From Puccinia triticina (taxonomy: Eukaryota), in NCBI GenBank assembly GCA_026914245.1, contig CP110439.1:4092001-4156000 (forward strand): a DNA stretch of 64,000 nucleotides, written 5' to 3'. Within the stretch, counting starts at the first letter, position 1, and each line of letters opens with the position of its first letter. This document shows positions 63,514-64,000 of the stretch, piece by piece. A program made the position numbers and the translations under genes. Below the pieces are notes generated by a model. It did not search any database and had not been told where the DNA came from. It saw only the letters and a program-made list of their open reading frames with translations.

Positions 63514-64000
63514 GATACAGGGTATCCTGGATTTCTTACTGGATATCCCACTCAGGATATCTGGTAGTGGCTGAAGTGGCAAGCCCTCGTGGAAATCTGT
63601 GCAAGGAAAGCAATGACAGTTTTGTACAACTGATCAACTTCAAGCTTTGGTGTTCTTCAGTTCTTTGGTTTTTGGTTGTGGTGGGTGTTGAGGGTGGGGA
63701 TGTCAGGAGAGCACGGGTGGTGAAATCTAGACCATCTGGATATTCTCAAGTGGCCATCCACCCCGAGCCAGCCCAATTGCATCATCGCCTCATCAACTTC
63801 CAGGCGGAATAAGCCTTCCCTTGCACACTACTCTGCAGGAGCTTGTCTCTTGAAAAGAAACCATCTTTCTCATCCTTAAGCCCACCTTGTTCACATCTGC
63901 CAACCTTGCACACCACGGCCACTTCCCTATCACCAGACTACAAAATAAGCATCATGTACAACGTGGGAGTTTTTGTTAGGCTTTCTCTTGATGTACATAG

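Larger units (their letters stand above)
53061..63522. mobile_element. Putative non-autonomous DNA element bounded by 28-bp hairpin arrays (about 4.7 kb without the Gypsy)
   Basis: CCCT...AGGG ends; the same repeat at both ends (2 copies left, about 36 right); GC-rich subterminal blocks; decayed internal gene; truncates the LINE. No TSD seen. Confidence 0.55.

Noticed and set aside
63523..64000. Continuation of the LINE beyond the hairpin-array element
   Set aside because: No LINE motifs found in minus-strand frames; left unassigned.

Overview
Eukaryotic, transposon-dense fungal DNA. The gene families, intron style and TE types suggest a rust fungus (Pucciniales, probably Puccinia); this is inferred, not searched. 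Host genes I can support: three paralogues of one uncharacterised helical protein family (21.3-24.7 kb and 29.6-31.0 kb), an EF-hand MscS-like mechanosensitive channel (42.0-45.4 kb, +) and a Gfo/Idh/MocA-type oxidoreductase (47.0-49.6 kb, -). Most of the rest is nested mobile DNA whose ends can often be fixed by target-site duplications (TSDs). It includes two related Ty3/Gypsy elements (6456-16188, rearranged; 57331-63120, a near-complete chromovirus), a Copia, a Tad1-like LINE with RNase H, several solo LTRs, and non-autonomous hAT, PIF/Harbinger, Mutator-like and CACCAGG-ended (CACTA-like) DNA elements. Three signals stand out. (1) A 133-nt multi-stem module, conserved at nucleotide level, is duplicated in the Gypsy protease-RT linker (4 copies in the window). 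(2) A roughly 4.7 kb element bounded by arrays of a 28-bp hairpin repeat carries a decayed accessory gene. (3) Both Gypsy copies sit in the same GCACACTCC motif. There is no CRISPR, rRNA or recognisable tRNA. All comparisons were made by eye; no database search or folding program was run.
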